Below, one piece after another: positions 48,480-61,125 of a DNA stretch of 64,000 nt. The stretch spans positions 4,339,256-4,403,255 of the forward strand of contig NC_085842.1 of the NCBI RefSeq assembly GCF_035594765.1, written 5' to 3'. The position numbers and the translations under genes were made by a program. Each line of letters starts with the position of its first letter. Positions within the stretch are counted from its first letter, which is position 1. Under the pieces are notes generated by a model. That model worked only from the letters and a program-made list of their open reading frames with translations, did no database searches and was not told the origin of the DNA. Origin of the DNA: Anolis carolinensis. Taxonomy: Eukaryota.

Positions 48480-49134
48480 CCTATTAGGACACGGGGGCGG
48501 GGCCAGAGGAGGGGCGGGGCCTCTTCCCAAGTGCCGGAGACAGGGCTGAGGACCTGAGGCACCTGTTAGGACACAGGGGGCGGAGTTAGAGGAGTGGGCG
48601 TGGCTTCTTCCCAAGAGCTCGAGACAGGGCTGAGAATCTATACCTCTCCTGAGGCGCTTGTTGGGACACAGAGGGCGGAGCTAGGGGTGAGGGCGGGGCC
48701 TCCTTCCAAGAGCCTGAGACAGGCCTGAGCCTCTTCCCAAGAGCGTGAGACAGGGCTGAGCCTCTGTACACTTCCCTTGAGGTGCTTGTTAGAACACGGG
48801 GGCGCGGTATAGAGGTTCAGCCCCGTCAGGCACTTGGGAAGAGGCCCCGCCCCCTCCTCTAGCCCCGCCCCCTGTGTCCTGACAAGCACCGCAGGACAGG
48901 GATAGAAGCTCAGCCCTGTCTCAGAGCTCGTAACTCCGCCTATCCCAGTCCACTTGAGGCCCCGCCCACCTCCCCTCGCAAGCCTGCATCTTGGACTAGG
49001 GGAGAGGCTCAGCCCCGCCCTCTTGAGCAGGAGCCACGCCCACCCCTCTAAGCCACGCCCCCTTCCCAGGGGGCACTGAGTCATATTTTTTTCTGGAAAG
49101 GGGGCGGCAGGCCAAACAAGTTTGGGAACCATTG
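48480..49134. repeat. GC-box-rich direct and inverted repeat array ending in a hAT-like terminus
   Basis: Repeated ggggcgg(g/a)gc..ctcttcccaag..gagacagggctga units, then their reverse complements. Ends aagtttgggaaccattg. Confidence 0.6.
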
Positions 49135-49142
49135 CTCTAAAG

Positions 49143-49873
49143 CAGGGGTCCCCAAACTAAGGCCCGGGGGCCGGATGCGGCCCTCCGAGGTCATTTACCT
49201 GGCCCCCGCCCTCAGTTTTATAATATAATATATTGTATATACATATAATATTGATAATAATATTATAACGTAATACAATATAACACTAATAATAATACCA
49301 TATAATAATATTAATTATATATTCTATATTGCATATAATATTACTAATAATATTACAGTATAGTGGTATAGTTCAATATAGTAACATATAATGCTAATAT
49401 TGTGCTATGCTAATAATATAATATATTGTATGTACATATAATTTGTAAGCCACTCTGAGTCCCCTTTGGGGTGAGAAGGGTGTGATACAAATGTAGTAAA
49501 TAAATGTAGTAAATAATAAATAAATAAATAAATTTTAGACTTAGGCTCACCCAAAATCTGAAATGACTTGAAGGCACACAACAACAACAACAACAACAAC
49601 AACAACCCTAATTAATTTGACTATCTCATTGGCCAGAAGCAGGACCACACTTCCCATTGAAATCCTGATAAATGTATGTTGGTTAAAATTGTTTTTATTT
49701 TTAAATATTGTATTGTTCTTTCGTTGTTGTTGTTGTTGTTGTTGTTTTAAGACATAAGACATGTACAGTGTGCATCGGAATTTGTTTGTATTTTTTTCAA
49801 ATGATAATCCGGCCCCTCAACAGTCTGAAGGATTGTGGACCGGCCCTCGGCTCAAAAAGTTTGAGGACCCCTG
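49143..49873. mobile_element. hAT non-autonomous element (OposCharlie1/OC1-like TIRs)
   Basis: TIRs caggggtccccaaact / agtttgaggacccctg and a perfect 8-bp TSD ctctaaag. Confidence 0.85.
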
Positions 49874-49925
49874 CTCTAAAGCATACATGCATCCACCTCC
49901 AATGAGGTCTGACTCAAAACACATC

Positions 49926-50626
49926 TGCTTTCATTGAAGACCAAATGTCATGAAATATCTAATGTTATGAAATATATTATATATGATTTAAGTGAGAAAG
50001 GTGTATGAATGTGGCCTAATTGGGCTGAAGATACCATCCTAAGGAATAAGGCCTGGAAAACTATAATTCATGGACTTGCTGATGAGACCTGTGACAGATG
50101 ATTAACTTGTTGACATTGCTGGCTTGATTAACTCTTGGTGGAAAAACAACTTGTTTACATTGCGAAAGACAATGGTTCTTATAAGTAAGGAAGTCAACAT
50201 GGTGGCTCCTTACGTTTGTCAACATTAAGGAAGCAAACAAGGCTCCTCGATAAGGAAAGCTAATTACGCAATATATACATCTGTCCAGGAACTGATGGAA
50301 TCAACGGGTTTTAGCTGTCTGTCAACAATGTACAACTTTCAGAATCAAATCAGCAGAAAATACTACATAAAGGACCCTTTTCTCTCAGGAAAAGTGTGTC
50401 AGACCAGCTGAACACCAATTTCTGAACACCACTATGAACAGCCGTCTCCTCTCAAGAAGCTGATCAACCTCAACAAGAAGGATGGTAAGGATGCTTGATG
50501 AATGAATGAATGACGAATGAATGTTAGATTATATGTGTAAATGTTGATGCAATATCCCCTTTTGTCTATGTAACCAATTTAATTATTATAAAACCCAATA
50601 TAGGAGTCTGTGTCAACCTGTCTCAC
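49926..50626 (+). mobile_element. Possible solo LTR inserted in a minisatellite
   Basis: TG..CA bounded and interrupts the cattgaag minisatellite. Shares short motifs (aggaagtcaaca, catctg..caggaa) with 21840-22230. No clear TSD. Confidence 0.3.
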
Positions 50627-51089
50627 TTCTCCATTGAAATCCAAACAGCAACCTGCTTTCATTGAAGAACAAATACATACATGCATCCACCTCCACTGAG
50701 GTCTGATGCAAGACTGAATACAAAATGAAGTCCTGAGTCTGAACATGCTCAGTACAATCACATATCTATAGCTCCTCCCACATCAAAGAGGTACAAACTG
50801 GCAAATCAACATACACATAGAATACAGGTTAGCAAATATATACATTAACAAAGAAATAGCGAGAGGCTTGGGAGGTTGCTATTTCCAACATGAGGAAAGA
50901 CCATTTTAAAAAATGATGTTGGCACAGAGATGGTCCATGGTTTGGTGGGAGAGGAATGAGGAGATAACACAAAAAAGGAGGAATGGAAAGAAAAAGAAAA
51001 GGAATTTAGGAGAAGCAAAGGAAAGAAAAAATGGAGGGGGTGGGAGGAACTTGTGGTCATGTGATGAGTTTTAGCCAATCAAATGTAAA

Positions 51090-51430
51090 ACATACATCTG
51101 CTTTTATTGAAATCCAAATACATCCTTCTCCATTGAAGTCCAAACAGTAATCTGCTTTCATTGAAGAACAAATACATACATACATCCACCTCCACTGAGG
51201 TCTGATGCAAAGCATACATCTGCTTTTATTGAAGTCCAAACACATTCTTCTCCATTGAAGTCCAAAGAATAAACTGCTTTCATTGAAGACCAAACACATG
51301 CTTCTCCACTGAAGTCCAAACAGTAACCTGCTTTCATCATTGAAGACCAAATACATATATGCATCCACCTCCACTGAGGTCTGATGCAAAACATACATCT
51401 GCTTTCATTGAAGTCTAAACACAAACTTCT
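51090..51430. repeat. Degenerate minisatellite (ccattgaagtccaaa / ctgctttcattgaag)
   Basis: Recurrent short units, also at 49880-49925 and 50625-50710. Confidence 0.75.
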
Positions 51431-51816
51431 TCAAACTTCTGGAACATGGCTATACTGCCTGGAAAATACGCAACAACCCAAAGATATACGCTTTTAGCTA
51501 TCCTTTCTGGATATCTGAAAGATAATCCTCTCTTCTTTTACAAAGATGGCCTTCTTTCCAATTCAATTTTTTCATGTGTCCACCTTGAAAACATTACTCA
51601 TTCAATCCTTTTATTTCTGCTTTCTTTTATCCACATAGAGACCCAAGGCAATGAATAATAACATGACACAACCCAATAAAATAGAAAAACAAGGCCAAGA
51701 TAAACATTAAAATGCAATTAAATATTTATATCATGGACACATGGGTTCATAGACCTGTCAGCAGTATATTTACTGTCAGCAGTAAATAATTTCCTTCTCC
51801 CGATAAAAACTTAGAG

Positions 51817-52326
51817 TGTCAGGGGGAACGATGGTGGGATGAGACCCTGGTTGCCGTGCAGAGTGGGTTCCAAAAATCATCATCCCGGTCTCACCTCCTT
51901 CTCCAGGCTGTCTTCCCATGCTGGGAATCAGCACTGGTCAACAAAACTCCAGCAGTCGAAGGGTCAGTTGAAATCCAACTGTTGTTTAACTTTATTTACA
52001 TAACTATATACAGTTGCAGTTATTTACAATAAGTCCCAGACACATGGCTGTGTCTCCTCGGCTACAGAGCATAGCATTCATAGTCCATCTCCAGTGAATG
52101 CTCACGCCGAACACACTAACCAAACGACACTCCCCTGCATTCCACAGATCATGAAGAAAGTCCCGGTCAAACAAACTTGACCCCCATTGGTCCTGTGATA
52201 CATCAATCAAAGCAGGTTCTTATTAACTCCATAGCTGCTGAAATGCCTTGCCGAAACTAACACAGAAGGCATTTCTAATAGCCTAGATTGATTTTAACAT
52301 TTCAAACAATTCACAATACCCTGACA
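51817..52326 (-). mobile_element. Solo LTR (510 bp)
   Basis: Termini TGTCAGGG...CCCTGACA, 5-bp TSD tagag/cagag, AATAAA on the minus strand at ~51991. Confidence 0.65.
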
Positions 52327-52329
52327 CAG

Positions 52330-52879
52330 AGAGCTTTGAAATGGTTGAACAGGAGCTCTCTGAAGCTTTAGGTGCTCTTACTGCCTATGACAGTGAAAAC
52401 CAGCTGATCCCTAATCCAGGAAGACGGGTGCTTTTCACCTTAAGAACAGACAAGCATCTCAAAAATTTTGGGAGAATGTCCATAAAATATGTCAACAAAT
52501 ACTTAAAACAAAATTCCCCAGAAAGGCAGAGTATTATTTATTGGGCATAACTGATCGGGATATCCATTTAGATACCAATGATGATATCTTATTTACATAC
52601 TTAACTATAGCTGCCAGAATTAGTTTTGCTAAAAGTTGGAAGCAAACAGAAATAGCGGATATGGAAGAATGGTTACAGAAAGTGAGAGAGACAAAGGACA
52701 TGGATAAACTAACTTTTTTTCTAAAGAAAAATACAGGTAACCCGATAAAATACACAGACTGGTCTAAAGTGATGTAAAGTAAAGTGATATTTTATATTTT
52801 ATCATTGTTTGTATTTTGATTTTGCTGTAAGCTGCCCCGAGTCCCCTTCAGGGGAGATGGAGGCGGGATACAAATAAAC

Positions 52880-52922
<43 letters not shown>

Positions 52923-54155
52923 AGTACAAGAATTTGAAAGGAAAAGAAGTTGAAGGATATTGAAGTTGAACAGAAGGATGATTTCTTTTTGTGTCTCTTT
53001 TCTTATTAACTTATGAAAAAATAAAGAATCATTGACTCAGCCAAGATAAAGGACAACATTCTTTTTGGGGTTTGTCCTTACTATTTCCAAAAAAGAGGTT
53101 GATTTATTTATTTTTCTTTTTAATCCTCTTTTCTCACTATAGAATTGAAAACGCAAAGGTGAAGATGGAAGTCAATTTTTATATATATTTATGTTTGTTT
53201 GTTTTTTAAAAAAATTCTTTTTCCCCTTTCTTTTCCTTTTTTTACCCTCTTCTTTATGTTTCTTTCCCATTCCTACACTTCTTCTTTTTCTTTTTTCTCA
53301 AAGTAGATTTTTTTTAACTTTCTTTTTTTCCCTTCACTTTCTATAAACAAACATTGTTCTCACTCTTTCGTTGTATTTAATTCTCATATATACAGTAGAG
53401 TCTCACTTATCCAACGTTCTGGATTATCCAACGCATTTTTGTAGTCAATGTTTTCAATACATCATGATATTTTCGTGCTAAATTCGTAAATACAGTGATT
53501 ACTACTTAGCATTACTACATATTGAAATACTTTTCTGTCAAATTTGTTGTATAACATGATGTTTTGGTGCTTAATTTGTAAAATCATAACCTAATTTGAT
53601 GTTTAATAGGCTTTTCCTTAATCCCTCCTTATTATCCAACATATTCACTTATCCAATGTTCTGCTGGCCCGTTTATGTTGGATAAGTGAGACTCTACTGT
53701 ACCAATAATAATAATAATAAGAAGAAGAAGAAGAAGAAGAAGAACATACAAGCACCTCGAGCTCTGAGGATGACTTGGGAAGGAATCCCCCTGGAGCATT
53801 GCAGCACACACAAATACCTGGGAATTACCCTGGACCGTGTTCTGACTTATAAGAAGCACGGCTTGACTATCAAGCAAAAAGTGGGTGCTAGAAATAATAT
53901 CAGACAAAAGCTGACTGGCACAACATTGGGATCACAACCAGCCACAGTGAAGACATCTGCCCTTGCGTTTGGATACTCTGTTGCTGAATATGCATGCCCA
54001 GTGTAGAACACATCTCACCACGTTAAAACAGTGGATGTGGCTCTTCATGAGACATGCCGCATTATCACAAGAAATCTACGCCCAACACTGCTATAGAAAT
54101 TATACTGTTTAGACAGTATTGCACCACCTGACATCCGTTGGGAAGTAGCAGCAAG
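52330..54155 (+). mobile_element. Vingi/Ingi-like LINE fragment split by an L1 3' fragment (~52460-53745)
   Basis: KYLGITLDRVLTYKKH..KVGARNNI..KLTGTT.GS motif. L1 piece AARISFAKSWK..EEWL. Duplicated acaagca(t/c)ctc at the junctions. Confidence 0.65.
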
Positions 54156-54269
54156 ATCTCATGGGCCATTTATGATTTTATGAATCCTGCATTCCTCCTG
54201 AAGGTCTTCTTTGACAGTAACGAGGCCACCCAGAGCTACTGGCCAGGATAACAAGCAGGAGGGTTAGAA

Positions 54270-55512
54270 TTCAAAATGATCGTAGATTAGAGAGATGATT
54301 AGCCAGAACTAACAAAATGAAGTTCAACAGGGACAAATGCCAGATACTCCCCTTAGGCAGAAAAAGGGAAATGCAAAGAGACAGAAAGTGGGACGATGCC
54401 TGGCTCGACAGCAGTATGTGTGAAAAGGATCTTGGAGTCCTCATGGGGAGGAAGGGGAACATGAGCCAGGAATGTCATGCGGCAGCTTAAAAAGCCAATG
54501 GGATTTTGGCCTGCATCAATAGGAGTCTAGTGCCTAGATCCAGGGAAGTCATGCTATCCATTTATTCTGCCTTGGTCAGACCACTTTACCTGGAATCACA
54601 CTGAGTCCAATTCTGGGCACTGCAATTAAAAGGAGACGTTGACTCTAAGCTGGGATGTGTCCAGAGGAGGGAGACTCAAAGGATCAAGCGTCTGGAGAAC
54701 AAGCCCTACGAGGAGCGGCTTAAAGAGTTGGGCATGTTTAGCCTGCAGAAGAGAAGGCAGAGAGGAGACATGATGAGGGCCAGGGATCAAGAAATGTCCA
54801 GAGGAGGGATTCTTGTTTTCCAGGACCTTGATCCTTTGAGTTGCCATCCTCTGGACACATCTTGATCCCTAGCCCTCATCATGTCTCCTCTCCACCTTCT
54901 CTTCCTCAGGCTAAACATGCCCAGCTCTTTCAACCGCTCCTCGTAGGGCTTGTTCTCCAGACCCTTGATCCTTTGAGTCTCCCTCTTCCTCTGGACACAG
55001 CCCAGCTTAGAGTCAACGTCTCCCTTAAATTGCGGTGCCCAGAATTGGACACGGGGCGGTTCCAGGTAAAGTGGACTCAAGGGTCTGGAGAACAAGCCCT
55101 ACGAGGAACGGCTGAAAGAGTTGGGCATGTTTAACCTGAAGAAGAAGAGGCTGAGAAGAAACATGATGAGGGCCATGCGTCAAGGTGTATGGGGAAGTTA
55201 TGAGGAGGAGGGAGCAAGCTTGTATTCTGCTGCCCTGGAGACTAGGATGCAATGGAACAACAGCTTCAATCGACAGGAGAGGAGATTCCACCTGAACATC
55301 AGGAAGAACTTCCTCACTGTGAGAGAGAGCTGTTCAGCAGTGGAACTCTGCCCCATGTGGAGTGTGATGGAGGCTCCTTGTTTGGAGGCTTTTAAGCAGA
55401 GGCTGGGTGGCCATCTGTCGGGGGTGCTTTGAATGGGATTTCAATGCTTCTTGGCAGAATGGGGTTGGACTGGGTGGCCCACGAGGTCTCTTCCAACTCT
55501 AGGATTCTAGGG
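54270..55512. mobile_element. Rearranged CR1 3' fragments (plus, inverted, plus)
   Basis: Three copies of [17 protein letters not shown]; the middle one is inverted. Confidence 0.75.
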
Positions 55513-55514
55513 TC

Positions 55515-55784
55515 NNNNNNNNNNNNNNNNNNNNNNNNNNNNNNNNNNNNNNNNNNNNNNNNNNNNNNNNNNNNNNNNNNNNNNNNNNNNNNNNNNNNNN
55601 NNNNNNNNNNNNNNNNNNNNNNNNNNNNNNNNNNNNNNNNNNNNNNNNNNNNNNNNNNNNNNNNNNNNNNNNNNNNNNNNNNNNNNNNNNNNNNNNNNNN
55701 NNNNNNNNNNNNNNNNNNNNNNNNNNNNNNNNNNNNNNNNNNNNNNNNNNNNNNNNNNNNNNNNNNNNNNNNNNNNNNNNNNNN
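55515..55784. other. Assembly gap (270 N)
   Basis: Run of N. Confidence 1.
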
Positions 55785-55821
55785 AAGGGCAAGGAACCCC
55801 CCTCCCCAAATCCCCCCTCAC

Positions 55822-56070
55822 CTTCTCCCTGGGCTCCCTCCTCCTGCTCTTCTTTCTCCCAAAGGCTTCAGCCGGGAAAGAGCCCGGCTCCTCCCTCTGG
55901 AAATGAGCTCAGAAGGGGAGGCGTCTCCCTGGCCTTCCTCCTCCTCCTCCTCCTCCTCCTCCTCCTCCTCCTCCTGCTTCCTCAACTCATCAGCATTTCC
56001 TTTCTCTCCAGCCAGCCTGGTCTTTTGCTGCTTCTTCTGGGAGGACTCATTGGACAGACGGGGACTTTCC
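55822..56070 (-). CDS. Candidate internal exon with a poly-Glu tract (249 nt, phase 2-2)
   Basis: ccttttccctttgacag|GGAAAG...GAGAAG|gtgagg. Open frame ESPRLSNESSQKKQQ..Q(E)13GQGDASP... Confidence 0.5.
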
Positions 56071-56180
56071 CTGTCAAAGGGAAAAGGTAAAAGAGGAGGG
56101 AGGAAACGCAGGCAACGGGCCAGGAGGAGATTATTGCATCCGAGGTTTCTTCTTCAAGGAGCCCCCTCGTTTACTTATTA

Positions 56181-58900
56181 CTAGCTTGGTGCCCGGATTT
56201 ATTAGAAGAAGGCATTGTTTGTTTTGGGATGTCAGGTCATATCACTGAAGTTTGGTCCAGATCAGTCCTTGGCTGTCTGGATAAGGGTGAACTACAACTC
56301 CCAGATTCCCAGGGCAGTCACCCCCAAACCCTGACAGTATTCGTAGTTGGTCAAGTTGGGTCTGTGTGCCAAGTTTGGTCCAGATCTGACATCAACTGGG
56401 TTCAGTGCTATCTGGGTGCAGGTGAACTACAACTCCCATAATCAAAGTCCATTCCCCTAAACACCTGCAGTATGTTCAGTTGGTCAAGGGACTTCTCTGT
56501 GCCAAGTTTGCTCCCAGTCCATTGTCGGTGGGGGTCACAGTTTCTCTGGATGTAGGTGAACTACAACTCCCAAAACCAAGGTCCATTCACACTAACCCCT
56601 GCATTATGTTCAGTTGGTCAGGGACTTCTCTGTGCCAACTTTCATCCCGGTCCATTGTCGGTGGGGGTCACAGTATCTCTGGATGTAGGTGAACTACAAC
56701 TCCCATAATCAAGGTCCATTCACACTAACCCCTGCAGTACATTCAGTTGGTCATGGGGCTTCTCAGTGCCAAGTTTGGTCCTAGTCCATTGTCAATGGGG
56801 GTCACAGTATCTCTGGATGCAGGTGAACTACAACTCCCAGTATCAAGGTCCATTCCCATTAACCCCTACAGTTTGTTCAATTGGTAATGGGGCTTCTCTG
56901 TGCCAAGTTTGGTCCCAGTCCATTGTTGGTGGGAGTCACAATATCTCTGGATGCAGGTGAACTACAACTCCCAAAATCAAGGTCCATTCCTCAAAACCCA
57001 TGCAGTATATTCAGTTTGTCAAGGGACTTCTCTGTGCCAAGTTTGGTCCTGGTCCATTGTCAGTGAGAATCATAGAATCATAGAATAGTAGAGTTGGAAG
57101 AGACCACATGGGCCATCCAGTCCAACCCCCTGCTAAGAAGCAGGAAATCGCATTCAAAGCACCCCGGACAGATGGCCATCCAGCCTCTGCTTAAAAGCCT
57201 CCAAGGAAGGAGCCTCCACCACGGCCCCGGGGAGAGAGTTCCACTGCCGAACAGCCCTCACAGTGAGGAAGTTCTTCCTGATGTTCAGGTGGAATCTCCT
57301 TTCCTGTAGTTTGAAGCCATTGTTCCATTGTGTCCTAGTCTGCAGGGCAGCAGAAAACAAGCTTACTCCCTTCTCCTTATGACTTCCCTTCACGTATTTG
57401 TACATGGCTATCATGTCTCCTCTCAGCCTTCTCTTCTGCAGGCTAAACATGCCCAGCTCTTTAAGCCGCTCCTCATAGGGCTTGTTCTCCAGACCCTTGA
57501 TCATTTTAGTCGCCCTCTCCGGACACATTCCAGCTTAGAGTCAACATCTCCCTTCAACTGTGGTGCCCAGAATTGGACACAGTATTCCAGGTGTGGTCTG
57601 ACCAAGGCAGAATAGAGGGGAGCATGACTTCCCTGGATCTAGACGCTATTCCCCTATTGATGTAGGCCAGAATCCCGTTGGCTTTTTTAGCAGCTGCATC
57701 ACATTGTTGGCTCATGTTTAACTTGTTGTCCACGAGGACTCCAAGATCTTTTTCACATGTACTGCTGTCAAGCCAGGCGTCCCCCATTCTGTATCTTGGA
57801 TTTCCATTTTTTCTGCCGAAGTGAAGTATCTTGCATTTGTCCCTGTTGAACTTCATTTTGTTAGTTTTGGCCCATCTCTCTAGTCTGTCAAGATCGTTTT
57901 GAATTCTGCTCCTGTCTTCTGGAGTGTTAGCTATCCCTCCCAGTTTTGTGTCGTCTGCAAACTTGATGATCGTGCCTTCTAACCCTTCGTCTAAGTCGTT
58001 AATAAAGATGTTGAACAGAACCGGGCCCAGGACGGAGCCCTGCGGCACTCCACTTGTCACTTCTTTCCATGATGAAGACGACGCATTGGTGAGCACCCTT
58101 TGGGTTCGTTCGCTTAGCGAATTGCAGATCCACCTAACCGTAGTTTTGTCTAGCCCACATTTTACTAGTTTATTTGCCAGAAGGTCGTGGGGGACTTTGT
58201 CGAAGGCCTTACTGAAATCCAGGTACACTACATCCACAGCATTCCCTGTATCGACCCAACTCGTAACTCTATCGAAAAAAGAGATCAGATTAGTCTGGCA
58301 TGACTTGTTTTTGGTAAATCCGTGTTGACTATTAGCAATGACCGCATTTGTTTCTAAGTGTTCGCAGACCACTTCCTTAATGATCTTTTCCAGGATCTTG
58401 CCTGGTATTGATGTGAGGCTGACCGGACGGTAATTGTTTGGGTTGTTCTTTTTTCCCTTCTTGAAGATAGGGACCACATTCGCCCTCCTCCAATCTGCTG
58501 GGACTTCTCCCGTTCTCCAAGAACTCTCGAAGATAATTGCTAGTGGTTCTGAAATAACTTCCGCTAATTCCTTCAATACTCTTGGATGTAGCTGATCTGG
58601 CCCTGGGTGACAGTATCACTGAAGGTACTGCAAGTCCCATCCTTCGTGTCAAGTTTGGTCCAGATCCATCCTTGGTTAGGTTCACAGTGCTCTCTGGATG
58701 TAGGTCAAGTGTGTGAATTCTCCCCAAACCTCTTGTTCAGTTGTTGATCAATTCCTCTGTGAACTGTGTGCCATAGGAAAGGGTAGGAAAGGGTTAAGGG
58801 AGAGGCAGTGGGTGGGGTCATGCAAATTAAGGAACCCTGGGATGTCCATTCTGGAGGAGAAACAGAACTTCCAGGATGAAATTGTCCCTGCATGAAAGCC
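56181..58900 (-). mobile_element. Family-B Helitron-like element with ~134-bp tandem units, interrupted by CR1
   Basis: ctagcttgg start, six units of ggtgaactacaactccc..tgtgccaagtttggtcc, and the host resumes at ~58607. Confidence 0.55.
57069..58606 (-). mobile_element. Young 5'-truncated CR1 LINE (reverse transcriptase)
   Basis: 340-aa open RT stretch: NYRPVSLTS, YLDFSKAFDKVPH, GVPQGSVLGP, FADD. (attctatg)n tail; frameshift near the 3' end. Confidence 0.92.
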
Positions 58901-59830
58901 TTATTATTATTATTTTATGACACAGCAAACAAGATAGACATGCTGGATTTCATATCACAAAATCACAAGTCGAACACTTCCCAAGTGTCTAGGACTGTGT
59001 GATGTATTATTGGATGATGTGCACAGATCCCAGTAGGGTGGCCTTTTGCAGTTGACAGATCGTAATTTTGACAATGTCAATAGACATTGCCAGCTGAGAT
59101 CTTTTGGCACGGCACCCAGTGTGCCGATCACCACCGGGACCACCTGTACTGGTTTCTGCCAGAATCTTTAAAGTTCAATCTTGAGGTCCTGAGAGCGACT
59201 GAGTTTTTCCTGTTGTTTTTCGTCAATGCGACTGTCACCTGGGATGGCAACATCAATGATCCAAACCTTTTTCTTTTCCACAACTGTGATGTCTGGTGTG
59301 TTGTGTTCCAGAACTTTGTCAGTCTGGATTCGGAAGTCCCACAGTATCTTTGCGTGCTCATTTTCCAATACTTTTGCAGGTTTGTGATCCCACCAGTTCT
59401 TTGCTGCTGGGAGGTGGTACTTGAGGCATAAGTTCCAATGAATCATTTGGGCCACATAGTTGTGCCTCTGTTTGTAGTCTGTCTGTGCGATTTTCTTACA
59501 GCAGCTGAGGATATGATCAATGGTTTTGTCAGCTTCCTTACACAGTCTGCATTTTGGGTCATCAGCTGATTTTTCAATCTTGGCCTGAATTGCCTTTGTT
59601 CTGGACTTTGCTCCTGGGCTGCAAGGATCAGGCCTTCTGTCTCCTTCTTCAGGGTCCCATTCGTGAGCCAGAGCCAGGTCTTCTCCTCATCAGCTTTTCC
59701 TTCAATTTTGTCAAGGAACTTTCCATGCAATGTTTTGTTGTGCCAGCTGTCAGCTCTAGTTTGTAGTGCGGTTTTCTTGTACTGGTTTTTTGTCTGATGT
59801 GCTTTAAGGAGTTTCTGATTTTTGATTTTG
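58900..59830 (-). mobile_element. R4/Dong-clade element 3' end in a (TAA)n target
   Basis: Zinc-knuckle region and REL endonuclease HNTPDITVV..IIDVAIPGD..EK. (TTA)n on both sides. Confidence 0.8.
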
Positions 59831-59831
59831 A

Positions 59832-59868
<37 letters not shown>

Positions 59869-59916
59869 GGAACAGAGGTGGGCTATGAAATAAAGACATG
59901 TATTTTTATAACTTAC

Positions 59917-60056
59917 CTCCCTCCAATTGTGCTTTCTGCAGGTGTGCATAACTCCAAGGTTGGCCTGCCTGGTCTCCAACCACAGGGAATGACTCCACTG
60001 AATTTTCCCTTCATTGAAGAAACAGCAGGAAAGTTCGTCTTGGAACAGGTTAACAT
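59917..60056 (-). CDS. Candidate coding exon (exon 60114-59917), in phase with 56070-55822
   Basis: ctttccacccttag| acceptor and strong donor GAG|gtaagt. MLTCSKTNFP...ESTIGG ends in phase 2. Confidence 0.35.
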
Positions 60057-60270
60057 TCACCTTCTTCTTTTTTTACATGAGGGGTCTGCAGCAGAAGGTC
60101 ACCAACAGTTGAAACTAAGGGTGGAAAGATCTCCCTTTCTAGTGTTGAATTCCACTTCTCAATAAATCCAGGGTACAAGAGGTGGCTCGAGTTACACTTA
60201 AAAAATCTACTCGTTTTGACTTACATACAAATTCAGCTTCAGAACAAACCTCCAGAACCTATCTTGTATG

Positions 60271-61125
60271 CAGAGCCGGCCCTAGGTAGTTTTCAAGTGT
60301 AGGCGAACAGAATTTTGGCGGCCCCCCCTCCAAACCAATCACTGAAAAATAAAAGCGTTGGATAAGTGAAAATGTTGGATAATAAGGAAAGATAAAGGAA
60401 AAGCCTATTAAACATCAAATTACATTATGATTTTACAAATTAAGCACCAAAACATCATGTTTTACAACAAATCAATAGAAAAAGCAGTTCAATACATGGT
60501 TTATGTTATGTAGGAATTACTATATTTGCAAATTTAGCACTAAACATTGAACAGGGATATAGGGCAGTGTGGACTTAGATAACCCAGATAGCCCTCAGTA
60601 TTGAAAAAAACCCCTCTAAAATCAGGACAATAAATAAAGAACAACACTCTGAAAACAGAAGAAACCCAGACAGTAAACAATCAGGGACAGCTAACTCCTC
60701 CCAAAAAAAGATTCTCCCAGGCAAGAAGAAGCCAGGCCTTGAAGCCACAGGGCCATTAAATTCTAATCAAGGTGATTAATTACAACATTCACACCTGCTT
60801 CAAAGAAAAGTTCTTTCTCCCACCCTGGACCTTCTACAGATATATAAACCCCACATACCTAGCTTCCAAGTTCCCACAGACCTCACAATCTCTGAAGGCC
60901 CCAAAAGTGGGCTCGCGTGGTGCGAAGGTGGGTCCGCGCTGGCCGAAAGGCCCAGCACGGGCAGAGGGAGGCCCAGCACGGCCGCCGGGAGGCCCAGCGT
61001 GGCCGCTGGAAGGCCCGAAAGAGAAGGAGGTGGAGAGTGGTGCCCTCCTCCCAGGACAATGGCGCCCCCGGGATGATGGCGCCACAGGCAAGTGCCTAGT
61101 TTGCCTTATGGTTGGACCGCCTCTG
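60271..61125. mobile_element. Composite hAT non-autonomous element
   Basis: Ends cagagccggcc / ggaccgcctctg with a perfect 8-bp TSD cttgtatg. The interior holds MITE and Penelope fragments plus a GC-rich repeat. Confidence 0.75.

Noticed and set aside
55429-56184. 251-aa plus-strand ORF
   Set aside because: Spans the N gap; splice signals favour a minus-strand exon instead.
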